A stretch of DNA of 64,000 nt from assembly GCF_001194135.2 (NCBI RefSeq), contig NC_068990.1:73947798-74011797 (forward strand), given 5' to 3'. Origin of the DNA: Octopus bimaculoides (lineage: Eukaryota). Numbering within the stretch: the stretch's first letter is position 1; every line of letters begins with the position of its first letter. Both the position numbers and the translations under genes were made by a program. The notes below the pieces were generated by a model. The model was not told where the DNA came from and searched no databases. It saw only the letters and a list, made by a program, of their open reading frames with translations. This document shows, piece by piece, positions 35,959 to 49,779 of this stretch.

Positions 35959-36221
35959 GTGTATGTATGTATGTGTGTATGTATGTATGTATGTATGTAT
36001 GTCTGTATGCATGTATGTATGTTTGTATGTATGTATGTTTGTATGTATGTATGTATAGCATTTTAACATTCAACTCTGTTTCATATGTTATTTATCTTTT
36101 CATAGACATTTAATATTGTTACATTGTTGAAGACGTTGTCTTGGGATTCTCTTGGACTACATACTTAGAAATAATGTGTATTAACTCCTTGAAAGCTTTG
36201 GTCCATTTGGCAATTTCTCTA

Positions 36222-36520
36222 AACACATAAGGGTAATGGGTAAAGACCCCGCTTCAGTTGTGAATGACCATGGGATTGCACCTAGAAAGTTCCCCTTCAA
36301 GGCACAAGTCTGGACAAGGTTGTTTATGGAAGACCAGCAGTCACCCATGCATACAAGACCGATACAACTTAGCACCAGTAACATCACAATTCATTTCTAC
36401 AGCTGACTGAAATAGATTGCCTTGCTCAAGAACAGAACACACAGCCCAGTCTGAGAATCGAACTCACTACTTCGTGATTGTAAGCCGGATGATCTAACCA
36501 CTGAGGCATGTGCCTTCACT
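36222..36520 (-). mobile_element. tRNA-headed SINE related to family C
   Basis: Minus-strand head gaaggcacatgcctcagtggttagatc...gagttcgattct; tail shared with 56205-56310. Confidence 0.65.
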
Positions 36521-37161
36521 ACAAACATATAAACAATCTAAATTAGTAGAAGAGTGATTATGTAGTTTATTCACCTGCTAGAAAAAGCAAACCACTCTCC
36601 TTGAAATGACATCATGCTGTCTTATTAAAGGAAGGACACATTGGATTGCGTAGTACTTGGGTGGTCATGACTGGAATGCCAGCAAACAACTGTAAACGTT
36701 TCTTTAAGATATTAAGGTAAAAATTAGATATGTTAGTGGCAGAATGTGAAAGTGTAGACATGGCCTTGGGGTTAGGAAGTTTTTGCTGTGCAACAAGGTT
36801 GTTTTGAGTTCAAATCCTTCAGCAGGATGCCTTGGGCAAGTTTCCTCGTCTATGGCTCTGGGGTGTTTATGCTTTGCAAAGAAATCTGGCAGATGGAATC
36901 TGTTGGAAGCCTATTATACACCCACCCACCTATACACACACACCACACACTTGCACATACATACATATATGTCTGTCTGTCTGTCTTTATGTATGTATGT
37001 ATGCATTATGTATGTACGTACGTATGTATGTATGTATGTATGTATGTATGTATAAGCAAATATAAGCAAAGTGGCTAGTTAGAAAATCTCTATAAGAGAA
37101 AAAGTAGTAACTATACTGAGAAGTAATGTTTATCACTACTTCGACATGGCTGTTCCATATA

Positions 37162-37431
37162 TACTGCTTTTAACCCCAGCAGGAATCGTCCTCCAGCTAG
37201 TTATCAAGGCAATCTGCATATGATATATATTGCAGGCAGGGGAGTGAATCACTACCATCTTCTAGCAATTATGAGGGGAAAACCAGACAGTCAGGTTTCG
37301 AGCTATTTGTGTTCATTCTCAGTGGTGGATACCCACAGGGGTTCACTCCCCTGCTTGCAATATATATCAGGTGCAGATTGCATCGATAACCAGCTGGGGG
37401 AGGCTTCCTCCTGGATGTAAAAATGGTAGTA
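37162..37431. mobile_element. Foldback MITE with inverted arms of about 56-80 bp
   Basis: 37193-37248 is the reverse complement of 37342-37397 with only a few mismatches; weaker similarity extends outward. Confidence 0.75.
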
Positions 37432-37470
37432 ACAGAGCAGCTATGTTAAAGTGGCAATACACATTACTTC

Positions 37471-37504
<34 letters not shown>

Positions 37505-37507
<3 letters not shown>

Positions 37508-38038
37508 GGTGACCCAAAAAACAGACCACACAAATCTTTGAATAAAACTGTTAGAATAAAACAATGCAGAGGGTTAGATCGAGATGAACAGTGGTTCCAA
37601 CAAGACAAGCGTCACTCCACCACACATCAAATGACTCCCTAGCCTGGCTGAGAGAGCGATTTCAAGAGAGACTGATCAGCAGGAAGTGTGACATTGAGTG
37701 GGCACCGTATTCACTGGACTTGAACCCAGCCTAGATTTTTATCTGTTGGGGTATCTCAAGGTAATGTTTACCAGAACAAACTTCAAACGATTGGTGAACT
37801 GAAGGCAACAATCACAGGAGAAATCAGGGAAATCCGCAAAGAGGAATGTGTTCAAGTAATTGACAATTTAGCATGACGCATGCCATTTGGAGCATATTTT
37901 GAAAAGAACATGACTTTTATGCAAAGGGAATGGTCATACACAGGCCGGAGTTTAAGTCAAGTAAATTTCAAGAAATTTGCAGGACCTTTGTGGGATTTAA
38001 TAAAATTTTGATGAGTTCTGTATTTTGGGGGGGTCACC

Positions 38039-38041
<3 letters not shown>
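37505..38041 (+). mobile_element. Internally deleted Tc1/mariner element in (TA)n
   Basis: TIRs cagggtgaccc / gggtcaccctg in TA repeats. Relic WFQQD..WLRERFQERLISRKCDIEWAPYSLDLNP..WGYLK. Confidence 0.85.
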
Positions 38042-38085
<44 letters not shown>

Positions 38086-38514
38086 CATATATATATATAT
38101 AATGCATTGGAGCATANNNNNNNNNNNNNNNNNNNNNNNNNNNNNNNNNNNNNNNNNNNNNNNNNNNNNNNNNNNNNNNNNNNNNNNNNNNNNNNNNNNN
38201 NNNNNNNNNNNNNNNNNNNNNNNNNNNNNNNNNNNNNNNNNNNNNNNNNNNNNNNNNNNNNNNNNNNNNNNNNNNNNNNNNNNNNNNNNNNNNNNNNNNN
38301 NNNNNNNNNNNNNNNNNNNNNNNNNNNNNNNNNNNNNNNNNNNNNNNNNNNNNNNNNNNNNNNNNNNNNNNNNNNNNNNNNNNNNNNNNNNNNNNNNNNN
38401 NNNNNNNNNNNNNNNNNNNNNNNNNNNNNNNNNNNNNNNNNNNNNNNNNNNNNNNNNNNNNNNNNNNNNNNNNNNNNNNNNNNNNNNNNNNNNNNNNNNN
38501 NNNNNNNNNNNNNN

Positions 38515-39142
38515 TCATCATCATCATCATCATCATCATCATCGTTTAACGTCTGCTTTCCATGCTAGCATGGGTTGGACGATTTGACTGAGGACTGGTG
38601 AAACCGGATGGCAACACCAGGCTCCAATCTAATTTGGCAGAGTTTCTACAGCTGGATGCCCTTCCTAACGCCAACCACTCAGAGAGTGTAGTGGGTGCTT
38701 TTACGTGTCACCCGCACGAAGGCCAGTCAGGCGTCTTTTATGTGCCACCCGCACAAGAGCCAGTCCAGGGGTACTTGCAATGATCTCGCTCGAAAATCCT
38801 ACGAAGGCCAGTCAGGTGGTACTGGCAATGGCCACGCTCAAAATGGTGCATCTTATGTGCCACCCGCACAAGAGCCAGTCCAGGGGCACTGGCAACAATC
38901 TCACTTGGCTTGCCGGGTCTTCTCACGCACAGCACATTTCCAAAGGTCTCGGTCAGTAGTCATCGCCTCGGTGAGGCCCAATGTTTGAAGGTCTTGCCTC
39001 ACCACCTCAGCCCAGGTCTTCCTGGGCCTACCTCTTCCAGGGCCTACCTCTTCCACAGGTTCCCTCAACTGTTAGGGTGTGGCACTTTTTCACGCAGCTA
39101 TCCTCATCCATTCTCACCACATGTCCATACCAGCGCAATCTC
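38515..39142 (-). mobile_element. 5'-truncated RTE LINE (longest young copy in the window)
   Basis: RLRWYGHVVRMDEDSCVKKCHTLTVEGTCGRGRP..RKTWAEVVRQDLQTLGLTEAMTTDRDLWKCAVREKTRQAK*, then 3' UTR and (GAT)n. This shows the (GAT)n family is an RTE 3' end. Confidence 0.9.
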
Positions 39143-41051
39143 TATATATATATATTCTCCAACCCATGCTAGCATGGAAAGTGGACGTTAAATGATATAT
39201 ATATATATATATCTGTGTGTGTGTGTGAGTAGGTACATGTTTGTGCTTTTCTTATACTGCTTGCATTGTGCAATGTATGTTTTATTAAATGCCCCATAAC
39301 TTAGCATTCTGGCAAAAGGGAAAAGATAGATTTAATTAGATTAGACTTGAAATAAGTACTAAGGTTGATTTGATTGACTACAAAAAAAATCCTTCAGAGC
39401 TGAGTCCCAGCATGGTTACAGCCCAGTTATTGAAACAAGTGAAAGAATAAAAGAAAGGCATTGTGAAAGAGCTTTGTTAAATAATGCCAAATGAACAATA
39501 GTTAAACTTTCTATCTGAAGTGAACAATGTATAAGTTCATCAGTTTTGTTTTTTTTGCATTCTTTTTCACTTAGCAACTCACATGGTACCATGGTTGTCT
39601 ATACAGCTAAAAGTGCTCTTATTTACTTATTTGCATTAAGAGTTCAGCATAAATTTTAATTTAGTTCAATTAAAGAAGAATTCGACAGCAATAATAGCTT
39701 TCAGAATTTATAAAGAGAGTAAAAAAAAAAAAAAGTTAAANNNNNNNNNNAAAAAAAAAAAAAAAAAGGAAAAAGCAGAGAGAAAGATGCATTTCAATAT
39801 TTTATTTTTTTTTTTTCTAGAAAAATTAAACTTTTAAATATTTTATAACAAAATATATACTATCATTAAATAAACAAGGTAAATTTTAAGTTTTTAAAAA
39901 ATTCATTATTGTTGTTATTATCATCATCGTTGTTGTCGTCATCATCATCACCATCATCATCATCATTATTTATATTAGTATTAGTATTATTATTAATTTC
40001 TCTTTATGGGGAAATCTGACTGGAAGTTTTACAAATAGCTTTGACTTATGCTTATCATTAGTTCCAATATCATGTTTGTATTTATTTACTTACAAACATT
40101 TATTTATTGTAATTCTTATTTTTTTTTGGGGGGGGGGGTTGCAGTGTTTTGTTTTGTTCCTTCTTCACTTGCATGCTAGTGAGCTTAAATATTCTATCAG
40201 TGTCCTGGGAATCAAACTTAAGTTTGTCATGATCTCAAAGCAAGGGAAATTTATTCTTGTGTACTGGAATCATTATTTTATCTCTAGGGAGTCTAAAAAT
40301 GCATAATGATGTGGTACATAACTTCTGGTCAGAAGACAAAAAACAAAAAATAAACTTTTAACGCATATACATACATGCATATACACGCATAAATACACAC
40401 ACCACAAGCCCATATTAGCACAAATCACACATACATAAATACACACTCTATTGGCATATATTAACACAAAAACACACATGCACATATATATTAACACAAA
40501 TAACTACACACATTCACACACTAACAATCAAATGTAGAGAAGGAAACAGCATTTATTTCGTTTCATTTTTTTTATCTTTAAACAAGAAAATAAACAATAA
40601 AAACAAAAAAAGTCAGAAATATATGAGTAAACAAAATATATATAAATAAACAATGAAATTATTCAGTTTGCAATAAATGACTAATCAGTCTCATCATTTT
40701 GATGTTATGACAGAAATAGAAAGAATTTAGAAGTTACATTTTTTTTAATGTGAAGAAAATATATCAACATATTTGTTTTTTCCTATCATTCTGCTGTCAT
40801 ATCAATGAGAAAATATCTACACTCTTTTATTTATCTATCTATTTACTTATTTATTTAGTTTTTTAATCAACATTTTCTATGACAAAAACAAAATATGTTG
40901 TATGTATAAGTACTATTGAATGATAGCCCAGATATTTTGAAGTATCACTATGTATTTCTCACCATCTTTTGCAAATGCTAATATTTCTCTGTAAACTTTG
41001 ACACTTAGAAATTATTTCAGTTAATATTTTCCATTTATTATTTTAATGCAT

Positions 41052-41082
<31 letters not shown>

Positions 41083-41532
41083 ATATATATGTATACACAC
41101 ACACACACATACATACACACATATATATATTACTTTCTTGGGGTGTTTTATTATTACTGCTTTTAGTGTATTTTTTTTACTTCCTTTCTTTCTTGTTGAT
41201 CTCATACATGGACATATGGTAGATTCCAGTTAAATACCTCGAGGGATACATTACATTGAGTGTCAAAATAAATAAATAAATAAATATTAAAAAATATATG
41301 AACTCCTACATAAATGGCATGAGAGAATGTTATACAACATATAAGCTTCATTTCACAGCTCAACTAAAGAAGAATTTGCCAAGTTAAGACAGCCACAATG
41401 AGTAATTAAACATATCTGTTACCCAGAGGGAAAATTAGACTTTTTGTTTGCAAAGGCAATTATTATTATTATTATTATCATTATTATTATTATTGTTATG
41501 ATTATTATTATTATTATGGTTATTATTATTTG

Positions 41533-41735
41533 GGCAGTGAGTTTAGTATGCTGGACAAAATGCTTAGCAACATTTTATTCCAGCTTTACATTCTGTGTTC
41601 AAATGCCTCCAAGTTGACTTTGCCTTCCATTCTTTCAGGGCCAATAAAATAAAGTAACAGTTGAACTTTGAAGCTTATGTAATTGACTAACCACCTCCCC
41701 AGGAATTTCAGGACTTATGCCTACAGTAGAAAGGC
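41533..41735 (+). mobile_element. Deu/Nin-domain-like SINE (family D)
   Basis: tgctggacaaaatgcttagc...gttcaaat...gttgactttgccttccattc core; preceded by (ATT)n. Confidence 0.65.
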
Positions 41736-41902
41736 TGTAGTCTACTCAGCCGTAATGCGTAACCAGGTGTGTACCTGGTGCAGCCTGTCTCCCTCTGACT
41801 GTCACATCTTGAATGCTGGCTGTTTCATTGGGTCAAGATTGAAGGCATGAGGTGGGAGGGGGTCAAGAGGACGTCTAGGACTGTTCGCAAATACATACAA
41901 TT

Positions 41903-42255
41903 GGTTCTGTGGTAAGAAGTTTGTTTCCCAACTCCTATGGTTCTGGGTTTAGTTCCACTGCATGGAAGCTTTGGCAAGTGTCTTCTACTATAACCTTGGA
42001 TCAGCCAAAACCTTGTAGGTGAATTTGGTAGTTGGAAACTGAAAGAAGCCCATCGTATGTGTGTCTTGTGTCTGTGTTTAAGTCCCAGTACCTTAGTGGT
42101 TCAGTAAAAGTGAACGATAAAATGAATACCAGGTTTTAAAAAATGGCAAGTATTGGGGTCAATTCATTTGACTAAAATGTTCTTCAATGTGGTGCCTCAT
42201 TATGGCTGCAGCTTAATGACTGAAACAATTAAAATACAAAAGATGAAAGATAAGC
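41903..42255 (+). mobile_element. SINE family B (diverged)
   Basis: ctgtggtaagaagtttg...ggaaactgaaagaagcccatcg...tgactgaaacaatt. Confidence 0.7.
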
Positions 42256-45200
42256 ACCACTAAGCAATTAATGAATACATGGTACACCTTTGTAAGTGAT
42301 GGCAGGTGGCACTGCTAAACTATGTCAAGGCAGGAATGATGAAAACACAGGATGGTCAGCCTCTTCCAGCTTGACCAAACCTGATCTGAAACAATAACAA
42401 AAAAGAAAACTCCCCAAAGGTTCCAGAGTAAAATCAGAAGCATGTCTGAGAATTGTAGCCATTGTTTTGACTGAGCTTTAATCGTATGGTAGATAGTACC
42501 TTAACTTTTACCTGTTGCATTTGAGAGACTTTCTCTTGATATGACCCAGAGAAGTTTAACCTACAAAGGATGCTTTGTGTGTTACTTGACCCTACTAGAA
42601 ATAGAAGCAAAACCTTTCATTCCCATCCTTTCATAAGCAGAAATAAATAAGGTTTCTCTTTCTCCGGGATTATCTCCTGTCACAAAAAAATGCAGATCAA
42701 CTTCACAAAAATACTTTCACCAACACTGTAAACATGATAGGTCTAAACATTTCATTTGTTCATTTTGAATTAAGGAAAGATTCCTTATATGACAACTTCT
42801 GTATGAGTAGACCACAGTATTTAACTTCATGTAACCATCCCTTTCCTTCTTCTCTTGTTACCAATACTTCTATTGTTATATTTGAAATTAGTAATTTGAG
42901 AATTTGAGATATTTTCTTCTATTAATTCTTGACTATACTCTTCATTTTTTCCTACCTCTTTCTTGTAGATTAAGTTTTTTCTACGGATTTTCTACAGAAT
43001 TTCGAGTAATCACTGAAAGTTATGATGTTTCATATGCAAACACATTTATGTAAGCAATGCAAACAAAGATAGAAAAATAGTAATGGCTGTATATGCATCT
43101 TTCAGGAGTTATTGCTTCTTCCTCAGCACCAAATCCAACCCATTAACCATCAATGGACACATTGCTTAGATATCCACTAAATTTAGTGGTGTGACACAAT
43201 TGGATATACCAACTTACTTATTAAATCACATTTGTTATAACTGATATATATACATTGCTGGCTCTAAATTCCATAGAAAATCTGTAGAAATAAACTTAAA
43301 AGTGTTTGTCTTGCACTGCTAACACAAAAGTAGGACACAGTATTGATTATAAACTTTCAATATATATTTAGCAGTATATTATTGTTGCAAAATGAAGTAT
43401 GATGTCCCTACCAGCAATTAAGTTGTGTGTTTTGATTTTGTTATTTGTTTATTTTTCTTTATGCCATTATTGTATTCAGTGTTGTAGCATAAGTATGTTT
43501 GGTAGTATTTTGGATATGAAAATAAAATATGTGTAAATAGAATTTGTCTTTGTCTATCCCTGAGTATCAAGAGCTGGCCTTCCTTAGGGAATTATAGTTG
43601 AGTCGGTTTTTTTTTTCACAAGTACTCCAAGAGAAATTTCATTAGGTAGTGACTGAATAAAATGTTTATCATTGAGAGAAGGATAACAGTGTCTTCAGAC
43701 TATGAGAATCATATGTGATAATAACGACAAGAATAATTCATTTCTAAAGATTCTTTCTTAATGATCTCAATTTCATGATTGCTTCATAAAATTTCATTAA
43801 TTCCTTATTGATTTAACATTGTTTCATCGACTCTACATTGCTTTTAGCTCCAGTTCACTTCTGATTCTAACCATGGCTATCAAGTCACTGTTGGAGAGTC
43901 TAGTATTGCATTATCTAGTATTTTCTTATTTAAGACTAGCAGGATCAAGTAACACCTAAAGAATCTCTTGTAGGTTTAACTTGATTCATCACCAATTGTT
44001 CCTGTTACTGCAATTGAGCTTAATTAATACTGTTTCCCTCCTGTGGTAATTTGATTTGAGGTAGATTTGACTGCTACTTCCAGGAGATCATGTGGCTATT
44101 CTGAGGCTCCCTCATCAATATAAAATTGTGCTCCATTATTATATTCAATGGTTGATTTAATTTTAGCCATAGTATAATTTAAGTAAATAAGGCATTACAT
44201 TAATCATGGTTGCGTGAACCAACACTATAGTTGAAGAACTAACTATAGTGAAGCATTTAAATCATGTCACGAGTAATGAATTGTGTCTTTGTATATATAG
44301 TTCTACACTCAACGACTTAATTCTTTCTTGTTGGAAAACAATAAATAGTTAATGTTTATGGACAAAATACAATCACAAAATGCTGCTTTCTAAAACTCAT
44401 ACAAATATCACGAATCTATACAGTTAATGTCAGTCTGAGAGAAACAATAAGCAATCTATATACTAAATATGTCTAAAATCAAGGAAACCACTTATTCAAG
44501 GCTATTGCTTCTATTAAGTCTTTTGTGACTATATTTTTCATGAAATACATTCCCTGTATGTTTCAATTAATTTTGAAATTACTCGATAACTTAGATGGGT
44601 TTAGTAAAATAAATAAGCATATTTTATTAAAATGGTTTCTGGTACATAACTTAAGGAAGAGGTCTCACATGAAATTTTATGAAAATAAATTTGAATCTAA
44701 AATATGACAGCTGTAAAAGGAGAGGTTTTGTATTCTAGAACCAGAGGCTGGTCTCCAGCAGGTCATTATCAAAAGTGTTTGGATGCCTAACAATATATGA
44801 TTTACTTGCTTTCATTTTATTTTTTTTTTAAACAGTTCTTGCTAGTTAGTTAGGGCTGGCTTTACTAACAAATGCTAAAATTTTGTTATGACAGATATAG
44901 GAGATTTACCATTTGAATAAATATAATCTTTTATAAGAAGTAAATTCTATTGGTGTCCACATGAACAACTTACCAATTGAATACAGGAAAAAAAGAAAGA
45001 AAAAATTTAAATAAAATTAATAAATATATATGTATATAAAAATATCAAGATAAAAGAAGCACTGCTTCAATTTCATTGACTATCTCTGTGATTGTCCAAA
45101 ATGGTCATTGAATGTGCTTGTATGGTTATGTTGCTTATTGAAATGTGCCATGATACATGATATCTTTTATTCGAAAAGTTTAGCACCCCCCATTGTGAAT

Positions 45201-48109
45201 CAGCAATATTCAGGATTCATAATCTCTGCAAGTTTATTGTGTTATTTTGTTATAAAGCTTAAAGCATCTGAAAGAAGTTCGCTTCATATCTATTTTCCAT
45301 ATCATATAGCATCTCACTTTAAAATGGGTGCACTCTAAACCTAATGTTTATAGATATATTTCTTTTTCCCTTTTATTTTATACACACTTTTAGAGATGGA
45401 AGGGGTGAAAAAGTAAATAAATAATAAGAATAAATTGATTAGAATGTTATCGCTCTGATCATAATAATATTGTCGAAAAGGTAACTAAGAAAAGACAGAA
45501 TTAATATTGTGGTTGAGAAATATGGAAAAATGAAAAGAAATTCATAACAATACAACAATAGGATGAATAGAGACTAGCCAGGAACATTTTAGAAAGATGT
45601 AACTTTATAACTATGGTAATTTACAAGATATACCATCATATTGGCATCAGGTTTAATTTAAATCTATAATATAATGCCAAAGGAAAGAATATACCCGATG
45701 TTCAATGCTCCTCTTATGGTGAGAAGAGAGCATTATATAGGTTACCATAAATAGTTTAACAGGCTCATTAAAACATTTTTTCTGTTGTCTGTGATGGTAA
45801 AATATCACTTTTGGACAATTAAGTCAAGGGTTTGGCGAATTCTGTGAAAGACATTAATTACTGAAAAACAGTCTGCAGTTTCATAAAACAGCCCTTTGTG
45901 TTTGTTGACAATTTGTTTGTATTTTTCACTTTTTCAGAAAGAATCTATCAACATCTTTTACTAAAGTTTCTGACATGTACTTTGATAGAAAATCATCTCA
46001 ACTGTCTTTCTATTTCTAAGTAGCATAAGATTTCTTTGTTTAGTAGTTTATAGATTAAATTTTCTCTTTTACTATTGTCCATTATCAGCAAATCAACAAT
46101 ATATGATGACAAGTAACATCTGAAAACTTAAAATCCAGCTTTGGGTTTCTTCTTTCAGCTAGGTTGAAAATAAATCTGTTGCAACCAAGATGAAACCTGA
46201 AGCTAGGTTGTACTGTCTTCTTAATATATCAGCAAGAGAGTGAACTCTTTTCAATAAATGTTAAACTTGTATCTAAGACAAAGCCTATAAAATAGTTTCA
46301 AACCCAGTTGAAGCCTTTCTATTTCACTATCTGCATGTGAGCTTGATATGGAGAAATATGGTGGGGCAATGGAAAAAGTTGAATGCAAACTTTTGAAGTA
46401 ATTTACAATGTTTAGGGATTGGTTGCACTAAATTCTGAGTTCCAATCCTGCTTGGACCACCTTTTGTCTTTTATGCTTTTAGAGTGGATAAAAAAACAAA
46501 ACAATGTCATACATGTAATGTAATTAATCCAATTGGCTATACCTAACTTTTATGCATTTAATACGGAATCAATACTTCAGCCACAAAGAAATTGGTTTTT
46601 TTTTTATCTGTCTCTTTATTTCTCCCCTACTTGATCTAGTGGCTATTGAAAAATGGCTTATAAGAAATTAATCAATATTAATGCTGAAGATGTGAAACAT
46701 GCAAATCTATAAAACCCATATGACAATGCTCAGTTTTGATGATAATACAGTGATGATGATTATGAAAAGGATGATGATAAGGATGATGACAAAGATGACA
46801 ATGGCGATGATGATGATGATGATGATAATGATGATACAAGGATCCTTGCATGCAATACAAAACTGTGTTATACAAAATAGTTATGAAACATGTAGAAATG
46901 TGTACATACTTTATAAACAGAAATAAGCAAAAAATGTAATATTTTGAAATTCTGAGTTCCAGTCCTGCTTGGACCAATCCTTGTCTTTTATGCTTTTAGA
47001 GTGGATAAAAAAAGAAGCAATGTCATGCATGTAATGTAATTAATCCAATTGGCTATACCCATCTTTTATGCATTTAATATGAAATCAATACTTCAGCTAC
47101 AAAATGTAATAAAAAACATAAACGTGAGTAACCTACACACACAGAAATAAGAAGTTACCACATAGATTGGATCAATGTACCTCGTTACTATAAACTCTCT
47201 CCTGCACAGATCATTTGTTGTAAACGAGATCTGAATTTTCCCAATCAATATTTTTGGCACTAGTCACACTGCAAAGGGTCCCACATCCTCTGAAGGATAG
47301 ATATAAGACTCTTGGCTGTCAATAAACCGTTGACAGATCTCTTAGGTCTTGATAGATTGCTGATGTGGTCTTCAACACCCAGTTATCCTCTAGGGGTGGC
47401 TGGTATTCAAATTTTGTTGCCCCATCAATTTGCACAGCATTTTGTTTTGCTCACTTTTAAAATTGTCATAAAATGAGAGTTCAGTAAAATAAAGTGATCA
47501 TGTTCTATGGGCACGAACGTGTCTCTTGAGGCCTTGCAAACCTTTTGGTAAATGGAACAGGGTGAGGACTCAGTCTGCTTGAGTGCTTGTGGATTATTTA
47601 CTATGTGTTTTCTTAAGTGGACCGCAAGGTCTGCTTTGCTTCATGCCACAAAACCACAATGACAGGAAAGGTTTCTATTTAGAGGAGCAGTGTTTTGCCA
47701 ACGTGCCTTCATGCTTGCATGAAGTTCGTCCCAATATTGGAATCGATTTTGCTCAAATTTTTTAAATGAGGAGAAGCAGGGTGCCAAGTTCTGTGTTCTG
47801 ATGCTTTGTTTTCCCAGGAAGAAAAGGTAATGTATCTATCTTGTAGCTTTGAGATTTTAATGATGTGATTGCTAATTTTTTAAATGACATTGTAGGGTAG
47901 GTGTGAGAGGCCAGTTTGAACATAAAACAAGTAGAATATTTGGGTTGGATATGGCTGGTTTAAATACAAAAGGGTTAATTGTTATATTTCTTTCTTCATT
48001 TTTTAAAATGTGTCTTTTTGTGTTTTCAAAATTTGGTGAGGTACTTATTGACTGCTAACCTCATTATGGCTTGAACTTCTTCCCATCTCCACAATTGAAA
48101 CCATTTTGC

Positions 48110-48590
48110 ACCACAAATAAATAGTTGAAATAACGATTTTGAATTTTGGTACAAAACCAGCAGTTTGGGGGAAGTAGGTAAGTCAATTATGTTGATCTCA
48201 GTACTCAACTGGTACTTATTTTATTGACCCCACCACCAAAAAAAAAAAAAAAAGGATGAAAGGCAAAATTGACCTCAGTAGAATTTGAACTCACAAAGTA
48301 TAACCAGAAGAAATATATTGTCAGGTGTGCTAATGATTCTGCCATCTCGCTGCCTTAGCAACATTAATAATATTTTTTTTACTATAGGCACAAGGCCTGA
48401 AATATGGGGGGAGGGGGAGTAATTGATTATCTCAACCCCAATGCTCAACTGGTACTTATTTTATTGACCTTCAAAAACATGAGAGGCAAAGTTGGCCTTG
48501 GCAGAATTTGAACTCAGGCTGTAAGGACAGATGAAATGCTGCTAACATTTTGTCAGGCACGCTAATGGTTCTGCCATCTCACTGCCTGAA
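48110..48590 (-). mobile_element. Two tandem Deu/Nin-domain-like SINEs
   Basis: ctcaactggtacttattttattgacc...aaaggcaaa(a/g)ttg...gaatttgaactca occurs twice, at about 48205 and 48444. Confidence 0.7.
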
Positions 48591-49409
48591 ATAGTAGAAA
48601 TAATAATGATGAGTAAAAATGGATATAAGCTTAGAAACAATGCTCAGACGAATTTTTCTTTTCCCCTCCAGGTAATGGGGTAGACATCAACATATTTTGA
48701 AACCTTTTGTTGGTAATAAATAAATAGATAAAAAAAACAGTTTTCCATCAAGTAATATTGGAAGAAAATATCTCCTAAGTGGAGCTCCATTAAACTTGAC
48801 CATTCAAAGTAAACCATAACAACAACAACAATAGCAATCATGATAAGGATGTTGATGATGATGATAATGATAATAATAATAGCAATGATGATGATGATGA
48901 TGACAATAGTGGTGATGATGATGATAAAGCAGCTTTTTTTTTAATGACCAAAGAATTAGGTTAAATGCAAATACAATTTTTATATGGGCACTTGTGTATG
49001 AAATGAGGCAATTAGTGATAATCAGAAATTTGAATAATTAATAATAAAAGTGAAGATGTCTGAAAGAGAGAAAGAGAGGGTGTGGGATGACGAGCAGAAT
49101 ATTTCAATGTCTCTTGTTTAATGCTGCATGGTCCCAAGATCAAATCCTGTTAGAAGCTTCTTTGCCATTTTCCTCTTCAAATTTTGACTAAATTAATATC
49201 GGAAATACAGCGAGATCAATTTGATTAACTATAAATGTCCCTTCATTGGGAAATTTGTGTTTTTTCTCCTTTAGCCATTAGAAGTCCTCGTCATCATAAT
49301 CATCATCATCATCATCATCGTTTTAATGTCTGCTTTTCCATGCTTGCGTGGTCTGACGGAATTTGCAAAGGTACATTTTTCTAAATGGTTGGTTGCCCTT
49401 TCTGTCTAG

Positions 49410-49520
49410 TGGAGGCATGTGGCTTAGTGGTTAGGGTGTTGGCTTCATGATCATAAAGTTGTGGTTTCAGTTCTTGGACCAGGTGACATGTTGTGTTCTT
49501 GAGCAAAACACTCCATTTCA
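49410..49520 (+). mobile_element. Truncated SINE family C head
   Basis: ggaggcatgtggcttagtggttagggtgttgg...cttgagcaaaacactccatttca. Confidence 0.7.
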
Positions 49521-49674
49521 TACATTATTTACATTATTTACAATTGATCGATATTTGTCCTCATCTTGTTTGTTGTTAACACGTTTTGACTGATATACTC
49601 TCCAGCCTTCATCAGGTGTCTTTGGGAAATTTCGAACCTGGCTTCTCATTCCTAAGGTATTTTTCGATGTTGTT

Positions 49675-49675
<1 letters not shown>
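49521..49675 (-). mobile_element. Penelope-like terminal-repeat fragment with a broken hammerhead motif
   Basis: Minus strand gacac-CTGATGA-AGGCTG-gagagtatat-CAGTC-AAAAC-gtgtt. Hammerheads in Penelope-like terminal repeats are established; assignment of this fragment is inference. Confidence 0.5.
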
Positions 49676-49708
<33 letters not shown>

Positions 49709-49779
49709 CCACCACCACCACCACCACCACCATCATGAAACATATATAAGCATATATATATACATACAATGGGCTTTCT

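Noticed and set aside
43085-43215. Minus-strand FSGYLSNVSIDG resembling a laminin-G motif
   Set aside because: There is an in-frame stop immediately after it and no splice sites.
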